Source of the DNA: an uncultured Verrucomicrobiae bacterium
GTDB lineage: Bacteria; Verrucomicrobiota; Verrucomicrobiia; Limisphaerales; JAFGQR01
Length of the DNA stretch: 50,800 nt
Direction: 5' to 3'
Assembly: GCA_963788655.1 (NCBI GenBank)
Contig: CAWBHS010000014.1
Location: forward strand, 1 to 50,800
Both the position numbers and the translations under genes were made by a program. Shown piece after piece: positions 10,095-20,388 of this stretch. The notes under the pieces were generated by a model. The model ran no database searches. It was not told where the DNA came from and saw only the letters and a list, made by a program, of their open reading frames with translations. Each line of letters begins with the position of its first letter. Position 1 is the first letter of the stretch.

Positions 10095-11300
10095 TCAATC
10101 CGCGTAACGATACACGCGCGGTCCAGTCGTCGGTTCCACCGCGCGGCCCAGCAGGTAATAACTTGCGCCCAGGATGGCCAGGCAAATTAGCCACCGCAAC
10201 ACCCCGCCGCCTGGCAGACCCCAGTTCCTTGAAAAATGCCAAATCGCTGCCACGAAGATATTGAGGAGCGTCATGGGCAGCATGAATTTCCAGGCAAACC
10301 CCATGAGTTGATCGACCCGCAAACGCGGCAAGGTTCCCCGTAGCCAAATGAAGAACGCAATAAATCCCAGCAGCTTGCCGAAAAACCACACGTAGGCAGG
10401 CACGACGTTCAAAAACGGAAACGGAGGATGGTAGCCGCCCAGAAACAGGGTGATCGCCATGCCGCTGACGGCAAACATGCCGAGATATTCCGCCATGAAA
10501 AACAAGGCATACTTGAAACCGGAATACTCGATCATGTGCCCGGCGATGATTTCCGACTCACCTTCCGGAATGTCAAACGGCGAACGGTTGGATTCCGCCA
10601 CCGCAGCGGTGAGGAACAAAAGAAATCCGGCCAACCCCCACGGCGTGCAAACATTCCAGTGAAGGAAGGAACCTTGCTGCGCATCGACGATATTCACCAG
10701 CGACAACGAGCCCGCCACCATCACCACGGTGACCGCCGAAATCACCAGGGGCATTTCATAACTGATCATTTGGGCAATGGCCCGCATGGCACCAAGCAGC
10801 GAGTATTTGTTGCGGCTGCCCCAACCGGCCATAAAAACCGAAACTTCGGTCGCCGCGCCCACGGCAAAGAAGAACAGCAAGCCCACCGGCATGTCCAGCG
10901 GCACCAAGTTGTGCCCGAACGGCAACACCGAGAACGTGAGGAACACCGGCACGAGCAACGTGATGGGTGCCAGGAAATGCACCACCTGGTCCGCCGCGCG
11001 CGGCACAATGTCTTCCTTGGTCAGCATCTTCAAGCCATCGGCTACCGGTTGGAGAATGCCCCAGGGGCCAACGCGGTTCGGACCATACCGGTTTTGAATG
11101 CGCCCCAATCCCTTACGTTCGAGCAGGGTCGCCACCGCGAACAGCAGCGGAAATACGACCATGATCGGCACCACGGACAGCACGCAGGAAAGCCACGGCC
11201 GGACCGATTCCGGCACCAGCGCCAGAAAATCCCCCTTGGGATTTGGCTGGTCGGCCAGAACCTTCACGATCATGCCCAGCAGGCTTTTAATGAATTCCAT
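10095..11300 (-). CDS. nuoH: NADH-quinone oxidoreductase subunit H
   Basis: ERKGLGRIQNRYGPNRVGPWGILQPVADGLKMLTKED, AQMISYE, ESNRSPFDIPEGESE and LPRLRVDQLM. Confidence 0.96.
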   Translation of the reverse strand: MEFIKSLLGMIVKVLADQPNPKGDFLALVPESVRPWLSCVLSVVPIMVVFPLLFAVATLLERKGLGRIQNRYGPNRVGPWGILQPVADGLKMLTKEDIVPRAADQVVHFLAPITLLVPVFLTFSVLPFGHNLVPLDMPVGLLFFFAVGAATEVSVFMAGWGSRNKYSLLGAMRAIAQMISYEMPLVISAVTVVMVAGSLSLVNIVDAQQGSFLHWNVCTPWGLAGFLLFLTAAVAESNRSPFDIPEGESEIIAGHMIEYSGFKYALFFMAEYLGMFAVSGMAITLFLGGYHPPFPFLNVVPAYVWFFGKLLGFIAFFIWLRGTLPRLRVDQLMGFAWKFMLPMTLLNIFVAAIWHFSRNWGLPGGGVLRWLICLAILGASYYLLGRAVEPTTGPRVYRYAD

Positions 11301-11498
11301 AGTCGGATACAAACCGGCTACCGAGGGAGCACCTCTCCGTCAAGACATAAGCCGGCGCGAGTTTTTTCCCGGAAAATGAGTTGCGGCTCAAGAAATTAAT
11401 TCCAACGGCCTCGTGAATTCATCGCGAACCCTCCTCTTCACTTGCACCTAGAAACCCCGGTCCATCGAGTGGGTCAAGCCTACTTTAGCTGGGCCTGA

Positions 11499-12222
11499 TT
11501 AGCGGAATTTCAAGTTCCATTCTTCGCGGGAATACTTTTCGCGAACCAGTTGTTCAATGGAGTTCGCCGGCAGTTCCGGCAAGCCCTCGTCGGCCTGCCA
11601 GGATTTTGTGAGAGCTGCTTTTACGGGTATCGGCCGGCACCTGGAGATTGGTGAGAAATGCCCGGTGTGCCCGGTCTTGCCGATAATCGGGTTGGTGCGA
11701 CGGGAAACGGAGCAAACGTTCCATCAGGTCGAGATCGAAATCCAAAAGGAACGTGCCGTGGAACATAAGGAACCGTCGCTTCCGGCGCTGCGAGTTTCCC
11801 GAAAACTTCAGGTCATGCACCGTCAGGTCCGTGAAACCTTGCACGCGCACCGGGCGGTTGACTACGGCGGTCAACGCCGCGGCGTGACGTTCCATGATGA
11901 AGCGGTTGGTGTCCGTGATGCCGGCCAATGGAGTCGAATGTTCGATCTTCAAAATCAGATTGTAGTTGAGACATCCCGGCCCTTGCAGGACCGTGCCGCC
12001 GCCGCTGATACGTCGATAGACCGGCACTCCGGCGGCCCGGCAGGCTTCCCAATCGACTTCGCGCTCGGCACCATTGGCGTAACCCAACACCACAAAATAT
12101 TGGCGGGGTTGCCAGAACCGTAACGATTCGTGTCCCACGCCGGTTTCGCTCGTTTCGAGCAGTGCCTCGTCCCCGGCGAGGTTTTCGGCGGGGGTGGGCA
12201 GGGTCAGGTCCAGATAGTGCAT
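11499..12222 (-). CDS. lplA: Lipoate-protein ligase A family protein (frameshift near 11625)
   Basis: [27 protein letters not shown] and HGTFLL. The shifted frame continues [22 protein letters not shown]. Confidence 0.85.
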
Positions 12223-12267
12223 AACCGTTGGCATTTAAGTCTGGCTTTCGTTATTCTTCAACTCGTG

Positions 12268-14991
12268 ATGGACAAGACGAAGCAAAAAACGAGCGAACCC
12301 GCGGCCCGGAAGTCAGCGGTGGCCGCAACGCCGGCAGCGACGGATGGGGCGCGCGACTTGAATGAGGCCTTGAGCTTCGTGGTGGCGGAAACGCTGAAAC
12401 GGCAGAAGGCAGCGCGGGTTTCCGGGTTTCTCAATGACCTGGTGGAACAAGTGTGTGAGGCGGGCGTCGAAGCGCCCAAGCCCATCAACACCCCGTACGT
12501 CAACACCATCCCGGTGGCGGAGCAGCCGCCTTATCCCGGCGACTGGCAGCTCGAGCGCCGGATCAAGAGCCTGGTCCGCTGGAACGCCATGGCCATGGTC
12601 GTCAACGCCAATCGCGAGCGCAGTGGCATTGGCGGCCATATTTCGACCTACGCGTCGTGCGCCACGTTGTACGAGGTCGGCTTCAATCATTTCTTTCACG
12701 GTGGCGAAAAGGGGCGTCCGGCTGACATGGTTTATTTCCAGGGCCACTCGACGCCGGGTATTTATGCGCGGGCTTTTCTGGAAGGGCGTTTGGATGAACG
12801 GCAATTGCACCATTTCCGACAGGAGCTTCGCCCCATGGTGGGTTGTCCTCCTATCCGCACCCGTACTTGATGCCGGACTTTTGGCAGTTTCCCACGGTGT
12901 CAATGGGGCTGGGGCCGATGCTCTCGATTTACCAAGCGCGGTTCAATCGTTACCTTCAGGCGCGCAAGCTGGTGGATTGGACGACGGAACCCAAGGTGTG
13001 GGCCTTCGTTGGCGACGGCGAGAGCGACGAACCCGAGACGCTCGGCCAGCTCACCTTGGCCGCTCGCGAACACCTCGACAACCTCATCTGGGTGGTCAAC
13101 TGCAATCTCCAGCGTCTGGACGGTCCGGTGCGCGGCAACGGCAAGATCATTCAGGAATTGGAAAGCCTCTTCCGCGGCGCCGGCTGGAACGTCATCAAAG
13201 TCATCTGGGGATCGGATTGGGATGAACTTCTCGCCGCGGACCAGCAGGGCTTGCTCGTCAAACGCATGGAGGAGACGGTGGATGGCGAATACCAGAAATA
13301 CTCCGTCGAAGCCGGCAGTTATATCCGGAAGAATTTCTTCGGCAAATACCCGGAACTGCGCGGTATGATCAACCACTTGTCGGACGATCAACTGCGCAAG
13401 CTGCAACGCGGCGGCCACGATTCGCGCAAAGTGTATGCCGCCTACAAAGCGGCCGTGAATCACACGGGCCAGCCGACTGTTATTCTGGCCAAAACCGTCA
13501 AAGGCTACGGTCTCGGCGAAGCCGGGGAAGGCCGCAACATCACGCACCAACAGAAGAAAATGAACGAGAAAGAACTGCGCGTATTTCGTGCGCGGTTCAA
13601 TGTTCCAATCAGCGATGATGAAGTGGCGGAAACGCCGTTCTATCGTCCACCCGCCAGCAGCCGGGAAGCGAAGTACATTTTGAAACGGCGCCAAGAGCTG
13701 GGCGGTTTCCTGCCGAAACGCCTGGTTGAATCCAAGCCCCTCGCGGTACCGCCGCTATCGGATTTCGCCGAGTTCCTCAAGGGCAGCGGGCGGATGGAAG
13801 TTTCGACGACGATGGCCTTCGTGCGACTGCTCAGCAGTTTGTTGCGCCATAAGAAAATCGGCCGCAACATTGTCCCCATCATTCCGGATGAGGCCCGCAC
13901 CTTCGGGTTGGACGGGTTGTTTCGGGAGATCGGGATTTACGCTTCCAAAGGCCAGCTTTACGAACCGGTGGACCGATCGTCGTTGCTGTATTACAACGAA
14001 GCCAAAGACGGGCAGATTCTCGAAGAAGGCATCACCGAAGCCGGTTCCATTTCGTCGTTCATTGCCGCCGGGACGGCCTACGCCAACTTCGGCCTCAACC
14101 TGATTCCGTTTTACATTTACTACTCGATGTTCGGATTCCAGCGCGTCGGCGATCTCATGTGGCTGGCCGGCGACATCATGGCCAAGGGCTTTTTGCTCGG
14201 GGCCACCTCGGGCCGCACCACCCTCAACGGCGAAGGCCTCCAGCACGAAGACGGCCATAGTCCGCTGCTCATGAGCACCATTCCCAACGTGATGGTTTAC
14301 GATCCGGCTTTCGCTTACGAACTGGCCGTCATCATTCAGGATGGGATGAAACGCATGTATGCGGATGGCGAGAACATTTATCTACTACCTCACGCTCTAC
14401 AACGAAAACTACACCATGCCGCCGATGCCCAAAGGCGTCGAGCAGGGCATCCTCAATGGCCTCTACAAATTCAAACCGGGCTCCGCCAATACTGAACGGA
14501 AGGTCCATATCTTGGGCAGCGGTCCCATCCTGCGCAATGCCCTGGTCGCCCAGTATATGCTGGCCGAACGTTACGACATTTCGGCCGACGTGTGGAGTGC
14601 CACCAACTACAAGCAGCTTCGCACCGACGCGTTGCGCGTCGAGCGCTGGAACATGCTCCATCCGGAGGAAGCGCCCCGGCAATCTCACCTCGAAGCCACG
14701 CTCGCCGGAGAACTGGGACCGTTCGTGGCCGTCAGCGATTACGTGAAATCCGTTCCCGACCAGATTGGGCGCTGGGTACCGGGCGGTTTGACGACGCTGG
14801 GCACCGATGGCTTTGGCCGGAGCGACACCCGGGAGAATCTGCGGCGTTTCTTCGAAATTGATCCGCCAATGATCGCCGTGGCCGCTCTCCACGCCATGGC
14901 TCGGCAGGGACTTGTGGAAAAGAAATTGGTGGCGCAGGCCATCAAGGATTTGAACGTTGATCCGGATAAAGCGTTTCCATACTGCGTGTAA
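12268..14991 (+). CDS. aceE: Pyruvate dehydrogenase E1, homodimeric type (frameshifts near 12835 and 14375)
   Basis: [44 protein letters not shown] motif [34 protein letters not shown] and [20 protein letters not shown]. Confidence 0.95.
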
Positions 14992-15062
14992 AATCGCTTG
15001 GATCACCCGCCCGAACCGTAGCGGTGTCTTGGCTGGATCCGCATTAGGAATCCGCCAATGTT

Positions 15063-16176
15063 ATGAAGAATTCACTCATAATGACCCTTGTCGCCACCCT
15101 CAGCGCGAGCTCGGGCTATGGCGCAGCAGTCAAGAATTCGACAAGTGCCTCAACTGCCGCTTCGGTTCCAGTAACCATCGATTCGCGCGTGGAATTGTTT
15201 TGCGTGCTCTTCCGTTTGGCCGGCCATCCGGAATACAACCGCGCCGGCCGTCACATCCTATGCCCGAGCGGTGGACGACCATTTTGGCGCGCAGCGAAAT
15301 CATCCGGCAGTGAAACTGGCGCGCGAATTCCGGCGGACTCGTGGCGTGTCCTATGATGCGCCGATGAGCCTGGTGGTGCATTTGACGGAGCCGCCCGAAT
15401 TGAAGGAACGCATTCCCTTTGAACCGCGCCCGCCTGGTTTGGATCGCCGCTGGCCACAGGATCGGATGCCGGAGTTTTTGGAACAGTTACGCAATTTCAC
15501 TCGGGCCACGCACTTTGCAGGGTTCATGAAGAACCAATCCGACCTATACAAATTAACGGTGGACCGTGCCCGGAAATTGATTCAATCGGAGGCCCACCTG
15601 GAATGGTTTGACCAGTTTTTCGGTGCACGACCTGGTGCGGATTTCAAGATCGTCATTTCCCTGTTGAACGGCCCCAGTAACTACGGCGCCAGTCTTAAGG
15701 TGAAAGGGCGCGAGGAACTTTATTGCATTCTGGGTGCCTGGCGGGTCGATGCGGCGGGCCAGCCGGTTTTCGAGCCGCGGATGCTGGGAACAGTGGTCCA
15801 CGAGTTTTGTCATTCGTACGTGAATCCGCTGGTGTATGCGCACACCGCGCAACTGGAAAATGCCGGACAGAAACTGTTCGCCCAGGTCAAAGGGAGTATG
15901 CAACGGCAGGCCTACGGCAATTGGACCACGATGATGCACGAATCCGTCGTGCGCGCTTCGGTGATCCGCTATACCCAAACCTACAATGGCCTGGGCGCCG
16001 CGGCTCTGGCCACCGCTGGCGAGGTCAGTCGGGGATTCTTATGGATGCCGGAACTGGTCGAATTGCTGGGCCGTTACGAGAAGCAGCGAGAAAAGTATCC
16101 GCGGTTCACCGACTTTTTCGATGAGGTGGTGAAGTTCTTCGATGACTACCCTCAAGCAGTGGAAACGAAATCGTAA
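15063..16176 (+). CDS. Secreted DUF4932-like protein with HExxH metallopeptidase motif (frameshift near 15255)
   Basis: Signal peptide, [46 protein letters not shown] and RGFLWM. Confidence 0.7.
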
Positions 16177-16259
16177 GCAGGGCCGATTGACTGAATAATT
16201 GATCGCGTATCACAGGTCTTGGATGCGGGTGGCAGCGTAGTGGAACTGCTTCAGTCAGC

Positions 16260-16641
16260 TCACTTGGCCACCGCCCGATAGAAAGGCCTGAGCCATTGGC
16301 GTCCACCGGTTCGGAGAACAACAGCGGACTCAGTGGCAAGGCGTTCGTCCAAACTGGTGTCCGTTCGACCAGGTTGAGCATCTTGAGCGCGCACACCTTA
16401 TTCAAATTCGGCTTGCGAGCTCGGTAAACCACACCCATTCCCCCGCGGCCGATCTGATCGAGCAACTCGTAATCCCCACAGAGCCGGGTGCTCCGGGGGC
16501 GCCACCGGAGGCATGGAGGCAATCTCCGGTTTCGTCGTCGTCGAGCAGCGCCCCTTGCAACAGGCAGCCGGGGCAGACTTCCACTGGATGCTCCGCTGCC
16601 AACTGGGCGCTGCATTGTCTGCATGTGCGGTCTGAACTCAC
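16260..16641 (-). pseudogene. Ser/Thr protein kinase 5' remnant fused to the C-terminal tail of a secreted protein
   Basis: CxxC..CPGCLL N-terminus, then a frameshift to [26 protein letters not shown] (subdomains I-II only), then [15 protein letters not shown].. and a shifted FYRAVAK*. Confidence 0.75.
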
Positions 16642-16743
16642 TGGTTACTTCACGGCGGTCGCCATCGGTTATGACGCCACGCTCTATCTCCTAATGTTGA
16701 AAATTTGGTAGCGAGGTAGCAGGAAATCTTACGTGCTGGTTCA

Positions 16744-16935
16744 TTATTCCCGTTGGCGGGTCAGAACCTGTGACAAATAGTGATACTCCTCCGCCACGTC
16801 TTCCTGGTTCGACACCGTTTCGGCGATCCGTGCGCGCAGAACCTCGCGCAACCGGCGGCGCAACCGGCTCACGGCCATCTTAACGGCTTCCTCGCTCATG
16901 CCGAGTTCCTGGGCCACCACCGCGTAAGATGCCTG
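16744..16935 (-). pseudogene. C-terminal remnant of an ECF sigma factor
   Basis: SYAVVAQELGMSEEAVKMAVSRLRRRLREVLRARIAETV..EEYHYL is the region 4 and C-tail of kinase-associated ECFs. No region 2 is present upstream. Confidence 0.75.
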
Positions 16936-17012
16936 GCGGTCAAGGTGCGTGGCATCCGGCGATTGGCGGGCTGCCTTCAACGGTCCAGGCGGAGCGGACG
17001 TCTCCGGATCGG

Positions 17013-18560
17013 CTACTTAAGCGGCGGCGCGGCGGGGGGATTGTTGGTCCCGTGGGGGGTGCGGCCGATCCAATAATTGCCGAGTGCCAAGGCCCACTCC
17101 AACTCGGGGATATGCGGCGGGCCGGCGGCCGGCGACATGGATCTCGGAATTACGAGTCGATCTTGCAGCCGCATTTTTTTTACCCAGGGTTCGTAGGCCT
17201 GGGGATTGCCGAACTGCAACTGCACCTGGCGGAAGACTTCAAGATTATCCGGGGGCATCAATATCGATTCAAAGCCCAAGGCATAACGCCAGGGCGCCTT
17301 TGGATTTTTGTAGAACGTATTGTAAAAAACATCCAGGTCCGTGTTGTAGAGAATGCCGCCTGGTTCTGGCAACCAACCGGTCAACGACGGGTTATCCTCA
17401 CTGAGATATTGATTACCCAGATTCCATGTCCACCGGTTTTCGTAATCGCTCGTGGCACCGAGATAGACCCCGGCGGCCAGTCCGCACGTGATCACCAACC
17501 GTTTCCAGGAATCCCAGGCAAGGAAATGTTCACATTGCTTTTGTAACTCCAATCCCAACCAAACCACCAGCGCGGGAATGCCCCAATCCCACCAGTTGCG
17601 GATGACTTTCAATCCGAGCAGCCAGCCGACGACGATCATCAGGAAAATCGGGCTGAGCAAGTCTTGCGGCTTCCAATCCGGCGAACGCGCTCGCCAAATC
17701 AACACAACCGCGACAACCAACACGGCCGCGAAGTCACCGCCGGACGGCAAATACTCGACCACCAACTGGCGCGTCAGCAGGTGTTCGCCGAAAGTCAGGT
17801 ACACCCATCGCGCCGATTGCAACAAAAACTGGACGGGATGCCCCGTCAACACGCCACCCAAAAAACTGCCTCCCAACCAACAACCACCCAACCACGCTGC
17901 CCGTCGCCACATACCGGTCAGAAAAAACGCCGTCACCGGCAGCGCGAACAGGAACCATGAGCCGTGAATCCAGGCCGCGGCGGCGAACATGAGCAACGTG
18001 GAAATCAGGACGCCTGTTTTCGGCCGCTCATCGCCCAACCGCGACCACAAGAAAAGCAGGGTAATCAAGATGGCCATGCTCACCAGAAAAGGCCGGCCAA
18101 ACGTCAAGCGCAGAATCAGTTTGGGTGCCACCACCACCGCTACCAGCAACGCCGCCAACCAGGCTTCCGGCCGACGCAGCCAGGGCAACGCTGATAGACA
18201 GACCAGAAGCATCAAGGACACAACCGAGAAGACCACCAAGCCGTCGGTGCTGCATTGTGAGGAGTGGTAAATCCCTCCGAGGATGGCATGCCAGCCCGGA
18301 CTGGGATCCATGGCCAGATCGCTACGCATCACGAGAATTTCCGGCCAGGCTTTGCCGGACACAACCTTCGCCGCATGGCGCAACGCATCGTCGGGTGGCC
18401 GGTAACCGTATTGGATGATTTTCAGCGGCACCGTCAGCATGGTGACGATGACCACGATCCAGACGGCCCAGGGAACCCAACGCTGCACGGCGGGGTTGGG
18501 CAGGATTGAACTGCCGATTACTGGCTTCGGGGCCGGTTTGCTGACTGGTTTGGGTTTCAT
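17013..18560 (-). CDS. Polytopic membrane protein, possible GT-C fold glycosyltransferase
   Basis: About 10 hydrophobic segments, an acidic PPDDALRH motif after TM1 and a soluble C-terminal domain. The function is inferred. Confidence 0.55.
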   Translation of the reverse strand: MKPKPVSKPAPKPVIGSSILPNPAVQRWVPWAVWIVVIVTMLTVPLKIIQYGYRPPDDALRHAAKVVSGKAWPEILVMRSDLAMDPSPGWHAILGGIYHSSQCSTDGLVVFSVVSLMLLVCLSALPWLRRPEAWLAALLVAVVVAPKLILRLTFGRPFLVSMAILITLLFLWSRLGDERPKTGVLISTLLMFAAAAWIHGSWFLFALPVTAFFLTGMWRRAAWLGGCWLGGSFLGGVLTGHPVQFLLQSARWVYLTFGEHLLTRQLVVEYLPSGGDFAAVLVVAVVLIWRARSPDWKPQDLLSPIFLMIVVGWLLGLKVIRNWWDWGIPALVVWLGLELQKQCEHFLAWDSWKRLVITCGLAAGVYLGATSDYENRWTWNLGNQYLSEDNPSLTGWLPEPGGILYNTDLDVFYNTFYKNPKAPWRYALGFESILMPPDNLEVFRQVQLQFGNPQAYEPWVKKMRLQDRLVIPRSMSPAAGPPHIPELEWALALGNYWIGRTPHGTNNPPAAPPLK

Positions 18561-18640
18561 CGACGCGGATATTGGATCATTGGTAGAGGTTAGAAGTGCA
18601 GGTGTTTGATGTAAAACCGAAAAACTAAACCGCCAGGCCC

Positions 18641-18737
18641 AATCGAAATCCGATTGCCGGAAAAAGTCCGAAACTCGAGGCCCAAACGACTTGGATTCGG
18701 GCTTCGGTTTTCGGCATTTGAGCTTCGGAGTTCGGTT
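18641..18737. repeat. Inverted degenerate heptamer arrays (CCGAAxx / TTCGGxx)
   Basis: ttcgggc-ttcggtt-ttcggca-tttgagc-ttcggag-ttcggtt, preceded by complementary ccgaaac-type units. A similar array lies at about 19976-20080. Confidence 0.6.
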
Positions 18738-18799
18738 CAATTTGGACAACGCCCTCGACATGCGGCTAAAGGGCGCTCATGATGATGGCCGCCGGTACT

Positions 18800-19963
18800 A
18801 TGGAACAACCACTCGAGCTGACCATTTTGATGCCCTGTCTGAACGAGGCGGAAAGCCTCGGGGCCTGCGTCCAGAAAGCACAGGCTACGCTCGCTCAATC
18901 CGGGATCCGGGGAGAAGTCCTGGTGGCGGACAACGGCAGCACCGACGCCTCGCGCGAACTCGCCCGCCAACTCGGTGCCCGCGTGGTGCCAGTTGGCCCG
19001 AAAGGCTATGGCCACGCCCTGCGCGCTGGCATCGCGGCGGCTCAGGGCAAATGGATTATCATGGGCGACGCGGATGATAGCTACGATTTCTCCCAGCTCG
19101 ACGCATTCCTGGCTCGGTTGCGGGAAGGCTATGAGTTGGTGATGGGCTGCCGCTTGCCCCAGGGCGGAGGCACGATCGTACCAGGTGCCATGCCGTGGAA
19201 ACATCGCTGGATTGGGAACCCAGCGCTCTCGGCTATCAGCCGGTTCTTCTTCAAATGCCCAATTTCGGATGTGTATTGTGGTTTGCGCGGATTCACCAAG
19301 GAGGCCTACGCGAAACTGAATCTTGGGGCCACGGGCATGGAGTTCGCCCCTGAAATGGCGATCCAGGCCACCGTGAAAGGGCTTCGGATTGCCGAGGTGC
19401 CGATCAAGCTTGGGCGCGATGGTCGCTCCGGTCGGCCGCATTTACGAACTTGGCGCGACGGCTGGCGAACGTTGCGGCTGATGTTGCTCTATTCACCGCG
19501 GTGGTTGTTTATTTGGCCGGGATTGGCGTTGTTGGTCGTGGGACTGGCGTTGTTTGTGCCGCTCTGTTTCGGCACGGTTCATTTCGGCCGAATCCGGTTG
19601 GAAATCAACTCGATGCTAGTGGCCAGCATGATGGTCGTGGTCGGCTTTCAAGTGCTGTTCTTCGGCATCTTTACGCGGCTCTATTGCATGCAGCGCGGAT
19701 TGCTGCCGGCGCATCCCAGCCTGACGCGGCTGCTCAAACCGTTCGCGCTGGAAAAGGGCCTGGTTGCCGGGTTGCTGTTCTGCATGGCGGGGGCTGGATT
19801 GTTGGCCGGCGCCGTATGGAACTGGCAAAGTGTCGGATTTGGGGATCTTGCTTATCCGGAAAGTCTGCGGCAGGTGATACCGTCCGTGACCCTGTTGACG
19901 CTGGGGGTGCAGATTGTCTTCTCAAGTTTCTTCGTTAGCATTCTGGGGCTGAAGCACGACTGA
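18800..19963 (+). CDS. Family 2 glycosyltransferase, DPM1-like (polyprenyl-phosphate sugar transferase) with C-terminal membrane domain
   Basis: ILMPCLNEA, VADNGSTD, KGYGHAL, MGDADDSYD (DxD), DVYCGLRGF, GMEFA and PHLRTWRDGWR. Confidence 0.9.
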   Translation: MEQPLELTILMPCLNEAESLGACVQKAQATLAQSGIRGEVLVADNGSTDASRELARQLGARVVPVGPKGYGHALRAGIAAAQGKWIIMGDADDSYDFSQLDAFLARLREGYELVMGCRLPQGGGTIVPGAMPWKHRWIGNPALSAISRFFFKCPISDVYCGLRGFTKEAYAKLNLGATGMEFAPEMAIQATVKGLRIAEVPIKLGRDGRSGRPHLRTWRDGWRTLRLMLLYSPRWLFIWPGLALLVVGLALFVPLCFGTVHFGRIRLEINSMLVASMMVVVGFQVLFFGIFTRLYCMQRGLLPAHPSLTRLLKPFALEKGLVAGLLFCMAGAGLLAGAVWNWQSVGFGDLAYPESLRQVIPSVTLLTLGVQIVFSSFFVSILGLKHD

Positions 19964-20135
19964 CCTGTAATTCTGAAGCGAAGCCCGAAACCTGAAAGCA
20001 GCGCGAGCCGGGCCAAACTCCCGTGGGCCATGTGGCTATGGTTTGCTTCATTCGAATCTCGGATTTCGGCTGTCGGTTTTGATCGTTGTCCTGTTGGTTA
20101 ATTGCTTTGAATTCCAGCGCTCTGGCCTTTCATAT

Positions 20136-20150
20136 TGGCACATGCATTGT
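20136..20150 (+). promoter_or_regulatory. Candidate sigma54 (-24/-12) promoter
   Basis: TGGCAC-ATGCA-TTGT against the consensus TGGCAC-N5-TTGC (one mismatch), upstream of a kinase and sigma54 activator pair. Confidence 0.45.
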
Positions 20151-20375
20151 AGCGTGCTGCCGGTATCCTGCCGGCAGTTTTGGAACGTAGGCCTTCGAAT
20201 TCAACGCGCGCCGGCCAATGGACTGATCGATTGCATTCGTTTCTGTCGGCGAGACGCCGACAGCACGTTGCCGGCAGTTTTGAACCGGGGCGTTCGAATT
20301 CGACCGGCACTGTTCGTTGGACCGGACATGGGCATCCGTTCCTGCCGGCGAGACGCCGACAGCACGTTGCCGGCG
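20149..20375. repeat. REP-like element cluster, family B (GTAGCGTGCTGCCGG..GCCGGCAG / CTGCCGGCGAGACGCCGACAGCACGTT)
   Basis: Two ~100-bp units ending in ggcgagacgccgacagcacgttgccggc. Same family as 43884-44320. Confidence 0.8.
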
Positions 20376-20388
20376 ACAAGATTCTGGC

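Noticed and set aside
10428..11399. Long antisense or alternative-frame ORFs (this one, 12900-13694, 26785-27714, 40197-41216 and others)
   Set aside because: Shadow ORFs expected from high-GC codon bias overlapping well-supported genes.
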